DNA from: Eledone cirrhosa
Lineage: Eukaryota
Assembly (NCBI GenBank): GCA_964016885.1
Contig: OZ024745.1
Location: forward strand, 1,984,001-2,048,000
DNA: 64,000 bases
Direction: 5' to 3'
A program made the position numbers and the translations under genes. How positions within the stretch are numbered: the first letter of the stretch is position 1; each line of letters opens with the position of its first letter. Below, piece by piece: positions 1-18,400 of this stretch. The notes under the pieces are model-generated. The model did no database searches. It was not told the DNA's origin and saw only the letters and a program-made list of their open reading frames with translations.

Positions 1-2589
1 ACAATATATCTAGACACGTTGGTTATAGATAAAGGTAAACTGTAACATGTATATAATACATGTAGACACATTGCTTATAGAGAAATGTATACTGTAACAT
101 GTATACAATACATGTAGACACATTGGTTATAGAGAAAGGTATACTGTAACATGTATACAATACATATAGACACATTGGTTATAGAGAAAGTTAAACTGTA
201 ACATGTATACAATATATGTAGACACATTCGTTATAGATAAAGGTATACTGTAACATGTATATAATACATGTAGACACATTGGTTATAGAGAAAGGTATAC
301 TGTAAAATGTATACAATATATCTAGACACATTGGTTATAGAGAAAGGTATACTGTAACATGTATACAATATATGTAGACACATTGGTTATAGAGAAAGGT
401 ATACTGTAACATGTATACAATATATGTAGACAACTGGTTATAGAGAAAGGTATACTGTAACATGTATACAATATAGGTAGACACATTGGTTATAGAGAAA
501 GGTATACTGTAACATGTATATAATACATGTAGACACATTGGTTATAAAGAAAGATATACTGTAACATGTATACAATACATGTAGACACATTGGTTATAGA
601 GAAAGGTAAACTGTAACATGTATACAATACAGGTAGACACATTCGTTATAGAGAAAGGTACATTGTAACATGTATATAATACATGTAGACACATTGGTTA
701 TATAGAAAGGTATACTGTAACATGTATACAATACATGTAGACACATTGGTTATAGAGAAAGTTATACTGTAACATGTATAAAATACATGTAGACACGTTG
801 GTTATAGAGAAAGGTATACTGTAACATGTATACAATACATATAGACACATTGGTTATAGAGAAAGGTAAACTGTAACATGTATACAATATATGTAGACAC
901 ATTGGTTATAGAGAAAGGTATACTGTAACATGTATATAATACATATAGACACATTGGTTATAGAGAAAGGTATACTGTAACATGTATACAATATATGTAG
1001 TCACATTGGTTATAGAGAAAGGTATACTGTAACATGTATATAATACATATAGACACATTGGTTATAGAGAAAGGTAAACTGTAACATGTATACAATATAT
1101 GTAGTCACATTGGTTATAGAGAAAGGTATACTGTAACATGTATATAATACATATAGACACATTGGTTATAGAGAAAGGTATACTGTAACATGTATACAAT
1201 ACATGTAGACACATTGGTTATAGAGAAATATATACTGCAACATGTATACAAAATATGTAGACACATTGGTTATAGAGAACGGTAAACTGTAACATGTATA
1301 TAATACATGTAGGCACATTGGTTATAGAGAAAGGTATACTGTAACATGTATACAATAAATGTAGACACATTGGTTATAGAGAAAGGTAAACTGTAACATG
1401 TATACAATATATGTAGACACATTCGTTATAGAGAAAGGTATACTGTAACATGTATATAATACATGTAGACACATTGGTTATAGAGAAAGGTATACTGTAA
1501 AATGTATACAATATATGTAAACACATTGGTTATAGAGAAAGGTATACTGTAACATGTATATAATACATGTAGACACATTGGTTATATATAAAGGTATACT
1601 GTAACATGTATACAATATATCTAGACACGTTGGTTATAGATAAAGGTAAACTGTAACATGTATATAATACATGTAGTCACATTGCTTATAGAGAAATGTA
1701 TACTGTAACATGTATACAATACATGTAGACACATTCGTTATAGAGAAAGGTATACTGTAACATCTATACAATATATGTAGACACATTGGTTATAGAGAAA
1801 GGTAAACTGTAATATGTATATAATACATGTAGACACATTCGTTATAGAGAAAGGTATACTGTAACATGTATACAATACATGTAGACACATTCGTTACAGA
1901 GAAAGGTATACTGTAGCATGTATATAATACATGTAAACACATTGGTTATATAGAAAGGTATACTGTAACATGTATACAATACATGTAGACACATTGGTTA
2001 TAGAGAAAGGTAAACTGTAACATGTATAAAATACATGTAGACACGTTGGTTATAGAGAAAGGTATACTGTAACATGTATATAATACATGTAGAAACATTG
2101 GTTATAGAGAAAGGTATACTGTAACATGTATACAATACATATAGACACATTGGTTATAGAGAAAGGTAAACTGTAACATGTATATAATACATATAGACAC
2201 ATTGGTTATAGAGAAAGGTATACTGTAACATGTATACAATACATGTAGACACATTGGTTATAGATAAAGGTAAACTGTAACATGTATATAATACATGTAG
2301 GCACATTGCTTATAGAGAAAGGTATACTGTAACATGTATACAATAAATGTAGACACATTGGTTATAGAGAAAGGTAAACTGTAACATGTATACAATATAT
2401 GTAGACACATACGTTATAGAGAAAGGTATACTGTAACATGTATATAATACATGTAGACACATTGGTTATAGAGAAAGGTATACTGTAAAATGTATACAAT
2501 ATATGTAAACACATTGGTTATAGAGAAAGGTATACTGTAACATGTATATAATACATGTAGACACATTGGTTATATATAAAGGTATACTG

Positions 2590-3730
2590 TAACATGTATA
2601 CAATACATGTAGACACATTGGTTATAGAGAAAGGTATACTGTAACATGTATAAAATACATGTAGACACGTTGGTTATAGAGAAAGGTATACTGTAACATG
2701 TATATAATACATGTAGAAACATTGGTTATAGAGAAAGGTATACTGTAACATGTATACAATACATATAGAGACATTGGTTATAGAGAAAGGTAAACTGTAA
2801 CATGTATACAATATATGTAGACACATTGGTTATAGAGAAAGGTAAACTGTAACATGTATACAATAAATGTAGACACATTGGTTATAGAGAAAGGTATACT
2901 GTAACATGTATACAATATATGTAGACACATTGGTTATAGAGGAAGGTATACTGTAACATGTATATAATACATGTAGACACATTGGTTATAGAGAAAGATA
3001 TACTGCAACATGTATACAAAATATGTAGACACATTGGTTATAGAGAACGGTAAACTGTAACATGTATATAATACATGTAGGCACATTGGTTATAGAGAAA
3101 GGTATACTGTAAAATGTATACAATATATGTAAACACATTCGTTACAGAGAAAGGTATACTGTAGCATGTATATAATACATGTAGACACATTGGTTATATA
3201 GAAAGGTATACTGTAACATGTATACAATACATGTAGACACATTGGTTATAGAGAAAGGTATACTGTAACATGTATAAAATACATGTAGACACGTTGGTTA
3301 TAGAGAAAGGTATACTGTAACATGTATATAATACATGTAGAAACATTGGTTATAGAGAAAGGTATACTGTAACATGTATACAATACATATAGAGACATTG
3401 GTTATAGAGAAAGGTAAACTGTAACATGTATACAATATATGTAGACACATTGGTTATAGAGAAAGGTAAACTGTAACATGTATACAATAAATGTAGACAC
3501 ATTGGTTATAGAGAAAGGTATACTGTAACATGTATACAATATATGTAGACACATTGGTTATAGAGGAAGGTATACTGTAACATGTATATAATACATGTAG
3601 ACACATTGGTTATAGAGAAAGATATACTGCAACATGTATACAAAATATGTAGACACATTGGTTATAGAGAACGGTAAACTGTAACATGTATATAATACAT
3701 GTAGGCACATTGGTTATAGAGAAAGGTATA
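2590..3730. repeat. Local 624-bp (12-monomer) tandem duplication in satA
   Basis: Rare variants ACATATAGAG at 2761 and 3385, and GGAAGG at 2941 and 3565, are both offset by 624 bp. Boundaries are approximate. Confidence 0.8.
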
Positions 3731-6499
3731 CTGTAACATGTATACAATAAATGTAGACACATTGGTTATAGAGAAAGTTAAACTGTAACATGTATACAAT
3801 ATATGTAGACACATTCGTTATAGATAAAGGTATACTGTAACATGTATATAATACATGTAGACACATTGGTTATAGAGAAAGGTATACTGTAAAATGTATA
3901 CAATATATCTAGACACATTGGTTATAGAGAAAGGTATACTGTAACATGTATACAATATATGTAGACACATTGGTTATAGAGAAAGGTATACTGTAACATG
4001 TATACAATATATGTAGACAACTGGTTATAGAGAAAGGTATACTGTAACATGTATACAATATAGGTAGACACAGTGGTTATAGAGAAAGGTATACTGTAAC
4101 ATGTATATAATACATGTAGACACATTGGTTATAGAGAAAGATATACTGTAACATGTATACAATATATGTAGACACATTGGTTATAGAGAAAGGTATACTG
4201 TAACATGTATATAATACATGTAGACACATTGGTTATATAGAAAGGTATACTGTAACATGTATACAATACATGTAGACACATTGGTTATAGAGAAAGGTAT
4301 ACTGTAACATGTATAAAATACATGTAGACACGTTGGTTATAGAGAAAGGTATACTGTAACATGTATAAAATACATGTAGACACGTTGGTTATAGAGAAAG
4401 GTATACTGTAACATGTATACAATACATATAGACACATTGGTTATAGAGAAAGGTAAACTGTAACATGTATACAATATATGTAGACACATTGGTTATAGAG
4501 AAAGGTATGCTGTAACATGTATACAATATATGTAGACACATTGGTTATAGAGAAAGGTATACTGTAACATGTATACAATATATGTAGTCACATTGGTTAT
4601 AGAGAAAGGTATACTGTAACATGTATATAATACATATAGACACATTGGTTATAGAGAAAGGTATACTGTAACATGTATACAATACATGTAGACACATTGG
4701 TTATAGAGAAATATATACTGCAACATGTATACAAAATATGTAGACACATTGGTTATAGAGAACGGTAAACTGTAACATGTATATAATACATGTAGGCACA
4801 TTGGTTATAGAGAAAGGTATACTGTAACATGTATACAATAAATGTAGACACATTCGTTATAGAGAAAGGTATACTGTAACATGTATATAATACATATAGA
4901 CACATTGGTTATAGAGAAAGGTAAACTGTAACATGTATACAATATATGTAGACACATTCGTTATAGAGAAAGGTATACTGTAACATGTATATAATACATG
5001 TAGACACATTGGTTATAGAGAAAGGTATACTGTAAAATGTATACAATATATGTAAACACATTGGTTATAGAGAAAGGTATACTGTAACATGTATATAATA
5101 CATGTAGACACATTGGTTATATATAAAGGTATACTGTAACATGTATACAATATATCTAGACACGTTGGTTATAGATAAAGGTAAACTGTAACATGTATAT
5201 AATACATGTAGACACATTGCTTATAGAGAAATGTATACTGTAACATGTATACAATAAATGTAGACACATTCGTTATAGAGAAAGGTATACTGTAACATGT
5301 ATACAATATATGTAGACACATTGGTTATAGAGAAAGGTAAACTGTAACATGTATATAATACATGTAGACACATTCGTTATAGAGAAAGGTATACTGTAAC
5401 ATGTATACAATACATGTAGACACATTCGTTACATTGAAAGGTATACTGTAGCATGTATATAATACATGTAAACACATTGGTTATATAGAAAGGTATACTG
5501 TAACATGTATACAATACATGTAGACACATTGGTTATAGAGAAAGGTAAACTGTAACATGTATAAAATACATGTAGACACGTTGGTTATAGAGAAAGGTAT
5601 ACTGTAACATGTATATAATACATGTAGAAACATTGGTTATAGAGAAAGGTATACTGTAACATGTATACAATACATATAGACACATTGGTTATAGAGAAAG
5701 GTAAACTGTAACATGTATACAATATATGTAGACACATTGGTTATAGAGAAAGGTAAACTGTAACATGTATACAATATATGTAGACACATTAGTTATAGAG
5801 AAAGGTATGCTGTAACATGTATACAATATATGTAGACACATTGGTTATAGAGAAAGGTATACTGTAACATGTATACAATACATGTAGACACATTGGTTAT
5901 AGAGAAAGGTATACTGTAACATGTATAAAATACATGTAGACACGTTGGTTATAGAGAAAGGTATACTGTAACATGTATACAATACATATAGACACATTGG
6001 TTATAGAGAAAGGTAAACTGTAACATGTATACAATATATGTAGACACATTGGTTATAGAGAAAGGTATGCTGTAACATGTATACAATATATGTAGACACA
6101 TTGGTTATAGAGAAAGGTATACTGTAACATGTATATAATACATATAGACACATTGGTTATAGAGAAAGGTATACTGTAACATGTATACAATACATGTAGA
6201 CACATTGGTTATAGAGAAAGGTATACTGTAACATGTATATAATACATGTAGACACATTGGTTATAGAGAAAGATATACTGCAACATGTATACAAAATATG
6301 TAGACACATTGGTTATAGAGAACGGTAAACTGTAACATGTATATAATACATGTAGGCACATTGGTTATAGAGAAAGGTATACTGTAACATGTATACAATA
6401 AATGTAGACACATTGGTTATAGAGAAAGGTAAACTGTAACATGTATACAATATATGTAGACACATTCGTTATAGATAAAGGTATACTGTAACATGTATA

Positions 6500-9400
6500 T
6501 AATACATGTAGACACATTGGTTATAGAGAAAGGTATACTGTAAAATGTATACAATATATGTAGACACATTGGTTATAAAGAAAGGTATACTGTAACATGT
6601 ATATAATACATGTAGACACATTGGTTATATATAAAGGTATACTGTAACATGTATACAATATATGTAGACACGTTGGTTATAGATAAAGGTAAACTGTAAC
6701 ATGTATATAATACATGTAGACACATTGCTTATAGAGAAATGTATACTGTAACATGTATACAATACATGTAGACACATTCGTTATAGAGAAAGGTATACTG
6801 TAACATGTATACAATATATGTAGACACATTGGTTATAGAGAAAGGTAAACTGTAACATGTATATAATACATGTAGACACATTCGTTATAGAGAAAGGTAT
6901 ACTGTAACATGTATACAATACATGTAGACACATTCGTTACAGAGAAAGGTATACTGTAGCATGTATATAATACATGTAAACACATTGGTTATATAGAAAG
7001 GTATACTGTAACATTTATACAATACATGTAGACACATTGGTTATAGAGAAAGGTATACTGTAACATGTATAAAATACATGTAGACACGTTGGTTATAGAG
7101 AAAGGTATACTGTAACATGTATATAATACATGTAGAGACATTGGTTATAGAGAAAGGTATACTGTAACATGTATACAATACATATAGACACATTGGTTAT
7201 AGAGAAAGGTATACTGTAACATGTATAAAATACATGTAGACACGTTGGTTATAGAGAAAGGTATACTGTAACATGTATATAATACATGTAGAGACATTGG
7301 TTATAGAGAAAGGTATACTGTAACATGTATACAATACATATAGACACATTGGTTATAGAGAAAGGTAAACTGTAACATGTATACAATATATGTAGACACA
7401 TTGGTTATAGAGAAAGGTAAACTGTAACATGTATACAATATATGTACACACATTAGTTATAGAGAAAGGTATGCTGTAACATGTATACAATATATGTAGA
7501 CACATTGGTTATAGAGAAAGGTATACTGTAACATGTATACAATATATGTAGACACATTGGTTATAGAGAAAGGTATACTGTAACATGTATAAAATACATG
7601 TAGACACGTTGGTTATAGAGAAAGGTATGCTGTAACATCTATACAATATATGTAGACACATTGGTTATAGAGAAAGGTATACTGTAACATGTATACAATA
7701 TATGTAGTCACATTGGTTATAGAGAAAGGTATACTGTAACATGTATATAATACATATAGACACATTGGTTATAGAGAAAGGTATACTGTAACATGTATAC
7801 AATACATGTAGACACATTGGTTATAGAGAAAGATATACTGCAACATGTATACAAAATATGTAGACACATTGGTTATAGAGAACGGTAAACTGTAACATGT
7901 ATATAATACATGTAGGCACATTGGTTATAGAGAAAGGTATACTGTAACATGTATACAATAAATGTAGACACATTGGTTATAGAGAAAGGTATACTGTAAA
8001 ATGTATACAATATATGTAGACACATTGGTTATATAGAAAGGTATACTGTAACATGTATACAAAATCTGTAGGCACATTGGTTATAGAGAAAGGTATGCTG
8101 TAACATCTATACAATATATGTAGACACATTGGTTATAGAGAAAGGTATACTGTAACATGTATACAATATATGTAGACACATTGGTTATATAGAAAGGTAT
8201 ACTGTAACATGTATACAATACATGTAGACACATTGGTTATAGAGAAAGGTATACTGTAACATGTATATAATACATATAGACACATTGGTTATAGAGAAAG
8301 GTAAACTGTAACATGTATACAATACAGGTAGACACATTCGTTATAGAGAAAGGTATACTGTAACATGTATACAATACTTGTAGACACATTCGTTATAGAG
8401 AAAGGTATACTGTAACATGTATATAATACATGTAGACACATTGGTTATAGAGAAAGGTATGCTGTAACATGTATACAATATATGTAGACACATTGGTTAT
8501 AGAGAAAGGTATACTGTAACATGTATACAATATATGTAGTCACATTGGTTATATAGAAAGGTATACTGTAACATGTATACAATACATATAGACACATTGG
8601 TTATAGAGAAAGGTATACTGTAACATGTATACAATACATGTAGACACATTGGTTATAGAGAAAGATATACTGCAACATGTATACAAAATATGTAGACACA
8701 TTGGTTATAGAGAACGGTAAACTGTAACATGTATATAATACATGTAGGCACATTGGATATAGAGAAAGGTATACTGTAACATGTATACAATAAATGTAGA
8801 CACATTGGTTATAGAGAAAGGTAAATTGTAGCATGTATACAATATATGTAGACACATTCGTTATAGAGAAAGGTATACTGTAACATGTATATAATACATG
8901 TAGACACATTGGTTATAGAGAAAGGTATACTGTAAAATGTATACAATATATGTAGACACATTGGTTATAGAGAAAGGTATACTGTAACATGTATATAATA
9001 CATGTAGACACATTGGTTATATATAAAGGTATACTGTAACATGTATACAATATATGTAGACACGTTGGTTATAGATAAAGGTAAACTGTAACATGTATAT
9101 AATACATGTAGACACATTGCTTATAGAGAAATGTATACTGTAACATGTATACAATACATGTAGACACATTCGTTATAGAGAAAGGTATACTGTAACATGT
9201 ATACAATATATTTAGACACATTGGTTATAGAGAAAGGTAAACTGTAACATGTATATAATACATGTAGACACATTCGTTATAGAGAAAGGTATACTGTAAC
9301 ATGTATACAATACATGTAGACACTTTCGTTACAGAGAAAGGTATACTGTAGCATGTATAATACATGTAAACACATTGGTTATATAGAAAGGTATACTGTA

Positions 9401-12400
9401 ACATGTATACAATACATGTAGACACATTGGTTATAGAGAAAGGTATACTGTAACATGTATAAAATACATGTAGACACGTTGGTTATAGAGAAAGGTATAC
9501 TGTAACATGTATATAATACATGTAGAAACATTGGTTATAGAGAAAGGTATACTGTAACATGTATACAATACATATAGACACATTGGTTATAGAGAAAGGT
9601 AAACTGTAACATGTATACAATATATGTAGACACATTGGTTATAGAGAAAGGTAAACTGTAACATGTATACAATATATGTAGACACATTAGTTATAGAGAA
9701 AGGTATGCTGTAACATGTATACAATATATGTAGACACATTGGTTATAGAGAAAGGTATACTGTAACATGTATACAATATATGTAGACACATTGGTTATAG
9801 AGAAAGGTATACTGTAACATGTATACAATACATATAGACACATTGGTTATAGAGAAAGGTAAACTGTAACATGTATACAATATATGTAGACACATTGGTT
9901 ATAGAGAAAGGTAAACTGTAACATGTATATAATACATGTAGACACATTGGTTATAGAGAAAGATATACTGCAACATGTATACAAAATATGTAGACACATT
10001 GGTTATAGAGAACGGTAAACTGTAACATGTATATAATACATGTAGGCACATTGGTTATAGAGAAAGGTATACTGTAACATGTATACAATAAATGTAGACA
10101 CATTGGTTATAGAGAAAGGTAAACTGTAACATGTATACAATATATGTAGACACATTGGTTATAGAGAAAGGTATACTGTAACATGTATATAATACATGTA
10201 GACATATAGGTTATAGAGAAAGGTATACTGTAACATGTATACAATATATGTAGACACATTCGTTATAGATAAAGGTATACTGTAAAATGTATACAATAAA
10301 TGTAGACACATTGGTTATAGAGAAAGGTAAACTGTAACATGTATACAATATATGTAGACACATTGGTTATAGAGAAAGGTATACTGTAACATGTATACAA
10401 TATATGTAGACACATTCGTTATAGATAAAGGTATACTGTAACATGTATATAATACATGTAGACACATTGGTTATAGAGAAAGGTATACTGTAAAATGTAT
10501 ACAATATATCTAGACACATTGGTTATAGAGAAAGGTATACTGTAACATGTATACAATATATGTAGACACATTGGTTATAGAGAAAGGTATACTGTAACAT
10601 GTATACAATATATGTAGACAGCTGGTTATAGAGAAAGGTATACTGTAACATGTATACAATATATGTAGACACATTGGTTATAGAGAAAGGTATACTGTAA
10701 CATGTATATAATACATGTAGACACATTGGTTATAGAGAAAGATATACTGTAACATGTATACAATATATGTAGACACATTGGTTATAGAGAAAGGTATACT
10801 GTAACATGTATACAATATATGTAGACACATTGGTTATAGAGAAAGGTATACTGTAACATGTATACAATACATGTAGACACATTGGTTATAGAGAAAGGTA
10901 TACTGTAACATGTATATAATACATGTAGACACATTGGTTATAGAGAAAGGTAAACTGTAACATGTATACAATACAGGTAGACACATTCGTTATAGAGAAA
11001 GGTACGTTGTAACATGTATACAATATATGTAGACACATTGGTTATAGAGAAAGGTATACTGTAACATGTATATAATACATGTAGACACATTGGTTATAGA
11101 GAAAGGTATACTGTAACATGTATACAATACATGTAGACACATTGGTTATAGAGAAAGGTATACTGTAACATGTATATAATACATGTAGACACATTGGTTA
11201 TAGAGAAAGGTATACTGTAACATGTATACAATATATGTAGACACGTTGGTTATAGATAAAGGTAAACTGTAACATGTATATAATACATGTAGGCACATTT
11301 GTTATAGAGAAAGGTATACTGTAACATGTATACAATACATGTAGACACATTCGTTATAGAGTAAGGTATACTGTAACATGTATACAATATATGTAGACAC
11401 ATTGGTTATAGAGAAAGGTAAACTGTAACATGTATATAATACATGTAGACACATTCGTTATAGAGAAAGGTATACTGTAACATGTATACAATACATGTAG
11501 ACACATTCGTTATAGAGAAAGGTATACTGTAACATGTATATAATACATGTAGACACATTGGTTATATAGAAAGGTATACTGTAACATGTATACAATACAT
11601 GTAGACACATTGGTTATAGAGAAAGGTATACTGTAACATGTATAAAATACATGTAGTCACGTTGGTTATAGAGAAAGGTATACTGTAACATGTATATAAT
11701 ACATGTATAAACATTGGTTATAGAGAAAGGTATACTGTAACATGTATACAATACATATAGACACATTGGTTATAGAGAAAGGTAAACTGTAACATGTATA
11801 CAATATATGTAGACACATTGGTTATAGAGAAAGGTAAACTGTAACATGTATACAATATAAGTAGACACATTGGTTATAGAGAAAGGTATACTGTAACATG
11901 TATACAATATATGTAGTCACATTGGTTATAGAGATAGGTATACTGTAACATGTATATAATACATATAGACACATTGGTTATAGAGAAAGGTATACTGTAA
12001 CATGTATACAATACATGTAGACACATTGGTTATAGAGAAAGATATACTGCAACATGTATACAAAATATGTAGACACATTGGTCATAGAGAACGGTAAACT
12101 GTAACATGTATATAATACATGTAGGCACATTGGTTATAGAGAAAGGTATACTGTAACATGTATACAATAAATGTAGACACATTGGTTATAGAGAAAGGTA
12201 AACTGTAACATGTATACAATATATGTAGACACATTCGTTATAGAGAAAGGTATACTGTAACATGTATATAATACATGTAGACACATTGATATAGAGAAAG
12301 GTATACTGTAAAATGTATACAATATATGTAGACACATTTGTTATAGAGAAAGGTATACTGTAACATGTATACAATATATGTAGACACATTGGTTATAGAG

Positions 12401-15400
12401 AAAGATATACTGCAACATGTATACAAAATATGTAGACACATTGGTTATAGAGAACGGTAAACCGTAACATGTATATAATACATGTAGGCACATTGGTTAT
12501 AGAGAAAGGTATACTGTAACATGTATACAATAAATGTAGACACATTGGTTATAGAGAAAGGTAAACTGTAACATGTATACAATATAAGTAGACACATTCG
12601 TTATGGAGAAAGGTATACTGTAACATGTATACAATATATGTAGACACATTGGTTATAGAGAAAGGTATACTGTAACATGTATACAATATATGTAGACAAC
12701 TGGTTATAGAGAAAGGTATACTGTAACATGTATACAATATATGTAGACACATTGGTTATAGAGAAAGGTATACTGTAACATGTATATAATATATGTAGAC
12801 AACTGGTTATAGAGAAAGGTATACTGTAACATGTATATAATACATATAGACACATTGGTTATAGAGAAAGGTATACTGTAACATGTATACAATACATGTA
12901 GACACATTGGTTATAGAGAAATATATACTGCAACATGTATACAAAATATGTAGACACATTCGTTATAGAGAAAGGTATACTGTAACATGTATATAATACA
13001 TGTAGACACATTGGTTATAGAGAAAGGTATACTGTAAAATGTATACAATATATGTAGACACATTGGTTATAAAGAAAGGTATACTGTAACATGTATATAA
13101 TACATGTAGACACATTGGTTATATATAAAGGTATACTGTAACATGTATACAATATATGTAGACACGTTGGTTATAGATAAAGGTAAACTGTAACATGTAT
13201 ATAATACATGTAGACACATTGCTTATAGAGAAATGTATACTGTAACATGTATACAATACATGTAGACACATTCGTTATAGAGAAAGGTATACTGTAACAT
13301 GTATACAATATATGTAGACACATTGGTTATAGAGAAAGGTAAACTGTAACATGTATATAATACATGTAGACACATTCGTTATAGAGAAAGGTATACTGTA
13401 ACATGTATACAATACATGTAGACACATTCGTTACAGAGAAAGGTATACTGTAGCATGTATATAATACATGTAAACACATTGGTTATATAGAAAGGTATAC
13501 TGTAACATGTATACAATACATGTAGACACATTGGTTATAGAGAAAGGTATACTGTAACATGTATAAAATACATGTAGACACGTTGGTTATAGAGAAAGGT
13601 ATACTGTAACATGTATATAATACATGTAGAGACATTGGTTATAGAGAAAGGTATACTGTAACATGTATACAATACATATAGACACATTGGTTATAGAGAA
13701 AGGTAAACTGTAACATGTATACAATATATGTAGACACATTGGTTATAGAGAAAGGTAAACTGTAACATGTATACAATATATGTACACACATTAGTTATAG
13801 AGAAAGGTATGCTGTAACATGTATACAATATATGTAGACACATTGGTTATAGAGAAAGGTATACTGTAACATGTATACAATATATGTAGACACATTGGTT
13901 ATAGAGAAAGGTATACTGTAACATGTATAAAATACATGTAGACACGTTGGTTATAGAGAAAGGTATGCTGTAACATCTATACAATATATGTAGACACATT
14001 GGTTATAGAGAAAGGTATACTGTAACATGTATACAATATATGTAGTCACATTGGTTATAGAGAAAGGTATACTGTAACATGTATATAATACATATAGACA
14101 CATTGGTTATAGAGAAAGGTATACTGTAACATGTATACAATACATGTAGACACATTGGTTATAGAGAAAGATATACTGCAACATGTATACAAAATATGTA
14201 GACACATTGGTTATAGAGAACGGTAAACTGTAACATGTATATAATACATGTAGGCACATTGGTTATAGAGAAAGGTATACTGTAACATGTATACAATAAA
14301 TGTAGACACATTGGTTATAGAGAAAGGTATACTGTAAAATGTATACAATATATGTAGACACATTGGTTATAGAGAAAGGTATACTGTAACATGTATACAA
14401 TATATGTAGACACATTGGTTATATAGAAAGGTATACTGTAACATGTATACAATACATGTAGACACATTGGTTATAGAGAAATGTATACTGTAACATGTAT
14501 ATAATACATATAGACACATTGGTTATAGAGAAAGGTAAACTGTAACATGTATACAATACAGGTAGACACATTCGTTATAGAGAAAGGTATACTGTAACAT
14601 GTATACAATACATGTAGACACATTGGTTATAGAGAAAGGTATACTGTAACATGTATAAAATACATATAGACACGTTGGTTATAGAGAAAGGTATACTGTA
14701 ACATGTATACAATACATATAGACACATTGGTTATAGAGAAAGGTAAACTGTAACATGTATACAATATATGTAGACACATTGGTTATAGAGAAAGGTATGC
14801 TGTAACATGTATACAATATATGTAGACACATTGGTTATAGAGAAAGGTATACTGTAACATGTATACAATATATGTAGTCACATTGGTTATAGAGAAAGGT
14901 ATACTGTAACATGTACATAATACATATAGACACATTGGTTATAGAGAAAGGTATACTGTAACATGTATACAATACATGTAGACACATTGGTTATAGAGAA
15001 AGATATACTGCAACATGTATACAAAATATGTAGACACATTGGTTATAGAGAACGGTAAACTGTAACATGTATATAATACATGTAGGCACATTGGTTATAG
15101 AGAAAGGTATACTGTAACATGTATACAATAAATGTAGACACATTGGTTATAGAGAAAGGTAAATTGTAGCATGTATACAATATATGTAGACACATTCGTT
15201 ATAGAGAAAGGTATACTGTAACATGTATATAATACATGTAGACACATTGGTTATAGAGAAAGGTATACTGTAAAATGTATACAATATATGTAGACACATT
15301 GGTTATAGAGAAAGGTATACTGTAACATGTATATAATACATGTAGACACATTGGTTATATATAAAGGTATACTGTAACATGTATACAATATATGTAGACA

Positions 15401-18400
15401 CGTTGGTTATAGATAAAGGTAAACTGTAACATGTATATAATACATGTAGACACATTGCTTATAGAGAAATGTATACTGTAACATGTATACAATACATGTA
15501 GACACATTCGTTATAGAGAAAGGTATACTGTAACATGTATACAATATATTTAGACACATTGGTTATAGAGAAAGGTAAACTGTAACATGTATATAATACA
15601 TGTAGACACATTCGTTATAGAGAAAGGTATACTGTAACATGTATACAATACATGTAGACACTTTCGTTACAGAGAAAGGTATACTGTAGCATGTATAATA
15701 CATGTAAACACATTGGTTATATAGAAAGGTATACTGTAACATGTATACAATACATGTAGACACATTGGTTATAGAGAAAGGTATACTGTAACATGTATAA
15801 AATACATGTAGACACGTTGGTTATAGAGAAAGGTATACTGTAACATGTATACAATACATATAGACACATTGGTTATAGAGAAAGGTAAACTGTAACATGT
15901 ATACAATATATGTAGACACATTGGTTATAGAGAAAGGTAAACTGTAACATGTATACAATACATATAGACACATTGGTTATAGAGAAAGGTATACTGTAAC
16001 ATGTATACAATACATATAGACACATTGGTTATAGAGAAAGGTAAACTGTAACATGTATACAATATATGTAGACACATTGGTTATAGAGAAAGGTATACTG
16101 TAACATGTATACAATATATGTAGACACATTGGTTATAGAGAAAGGTATACTGTAACATGTATACAATACATATAGACACATTGGTTATAGAGAAAGGTAT
16201 ACTGTAACATGTATACAATACATATAGACACATTGGTTATAGAGAAAGGTAAACTGTAACATGTATACAATATATGTAGACACATTGGTTATAGAGAAAG
16301 GTAAACTGTAACATGTATACAATATATGTAGACACATTGGTTATAGAGAAAGGTAAACTGTAACATGTATACAATATATGTAGACACATTGGTTATAGAG
16401 AAAGGTATACTGTAACATGTATACAATATATGTAGACACATTGGTTATAGAGAAAGGTATACTGTAACATGTATACAATACATATAGACACATTGGTTAT
16501 AGAGAAAGGTAAACTGTAACATGTATACAATATATGTAGACACATTGGTTATAGAGAAAGGTAAACTGTAACATGTATATAATACATGTAGACACATTGG
16601 TTATAGAGAAAGATATACTGCAACATGTATACAAAATATGTAGACACATTGGTTATAGAGAACGGTAAACTGTAACATGTATATAATACATGTAGGCACA
16701 TTGGTTATAGAGAAAGGTATACTGTAACATGTATACAATAAATGTAGACACATTGGTTATAGAGAAAGGTAAACTGTAACATGTATACAATATATGTAGA
16801 CACATTGGTTATAGAGAAAGGTATACTGTAACATGTATATAATACATGTAGACATATAGGTTATAGAGAAAGGTATACTGTAACATGTATACAATATATG
16901 TAGACACATTCGTTATAGATAAAGGTATACTGTAAAATGTATACAATAAATGTAGACACATTGGTTATAGAGAAAGGTAAACTGTAACATGTATACATTA
17001 TATATGTAGACACATTGGTTATAGAGAAAGGTATACTGTAACATGTATACAATATATGTAGACACATTCGTTATAGATAAAGGTATACTGTAACATGTAT
17101 ATAATACATGTAGACACATTGGTTATAGAGAAAGGTATACTGTAAAATGTATACAATATATCTAGACACATTGGTTATAGAGAAAGGTATACTGTAACAT
17201 GTATACAATATATGTAGACACATTGGTTATAGAGAAAGGTATACTGTAACATGTATACAATATATGTAGACAGCTGGTTATAGAGAAAGGTATACTGTAA
17301 CATGTATACAATATATGTAGACACATTGGTTATAGAGAAAGGTATACTGTAACATGTATATAATACATGTAGACACATTGGTTATAGAGAAAGATATACT
17401 GTAACATGTATACAATATATGTAGACACATTGGTTATAGAGAAAGGTATACTGTAACATGTATACAATATATGTAGACACATTGGTTATAGAGAAAGGTA
17501 TACTGTAACATGTATACAATACATGTAGACACATTGGTTATAGAGAAAGGTATACTGTAACATGTATATAATACATGTAGACACATTGGTTATAGAGAAA
17601 GGTAAACTGTAACATGTATACAATACAGGTAGACACATTCGTTATAGAGAAAGGTACATTGTAACATGTATACAATATATGTAGACACATTGGTTATAGA
17701 GAAAGGTATACTGTAACATGTATATAATACATGTAGACACATTGGTTATAGAGAAAGGTATACTGTAACATGTATACAATACATGTAGACACATTGGTTA
17801 TAGAGAAAGGTAAACTGTAACATGTATATAATACATGTAGACACATTCGTTATAGAGAAAGGTATACTGTAACATGTATACAATACATGTAGACACTTTC
17901 GTTACAGAGAAAGGTATACTGTAGCATGTATAATACATGTAAACACATTGGTTATATAGAAAGGTATACTGTAACATGTATACAATACATGTAGACACAT
18001 TGGTTATAGAGAAAGGTATACTGTAACATGTATAAAATACATGTAGACACGTTGGTTATAGAGAAAGGTATACTGTAACATGTATACAATACATATAGAC
18101 ACATTGGTTATAGAGAAAGGTAAACTGTAACATGTATACAATATATGTAGACACATTGGTTATAGAGAAAGGTAAACTGTAACATGTATACAATACATAT
18201 AGACACATTGGTTATAGAGAAAGGTATACTGTAACATGTATACAATACATATAGACACATTGGTTATAGAGAAAGGTAAACTGTAACATGTATACAATAT
18301 ATGTAGACACATTGGTTATAGAGAAAGGTATACTGTAACATGTATACAATATATGTAGACACATTGGTTATAGAGAAAGGTATACTGTAACATGTATACA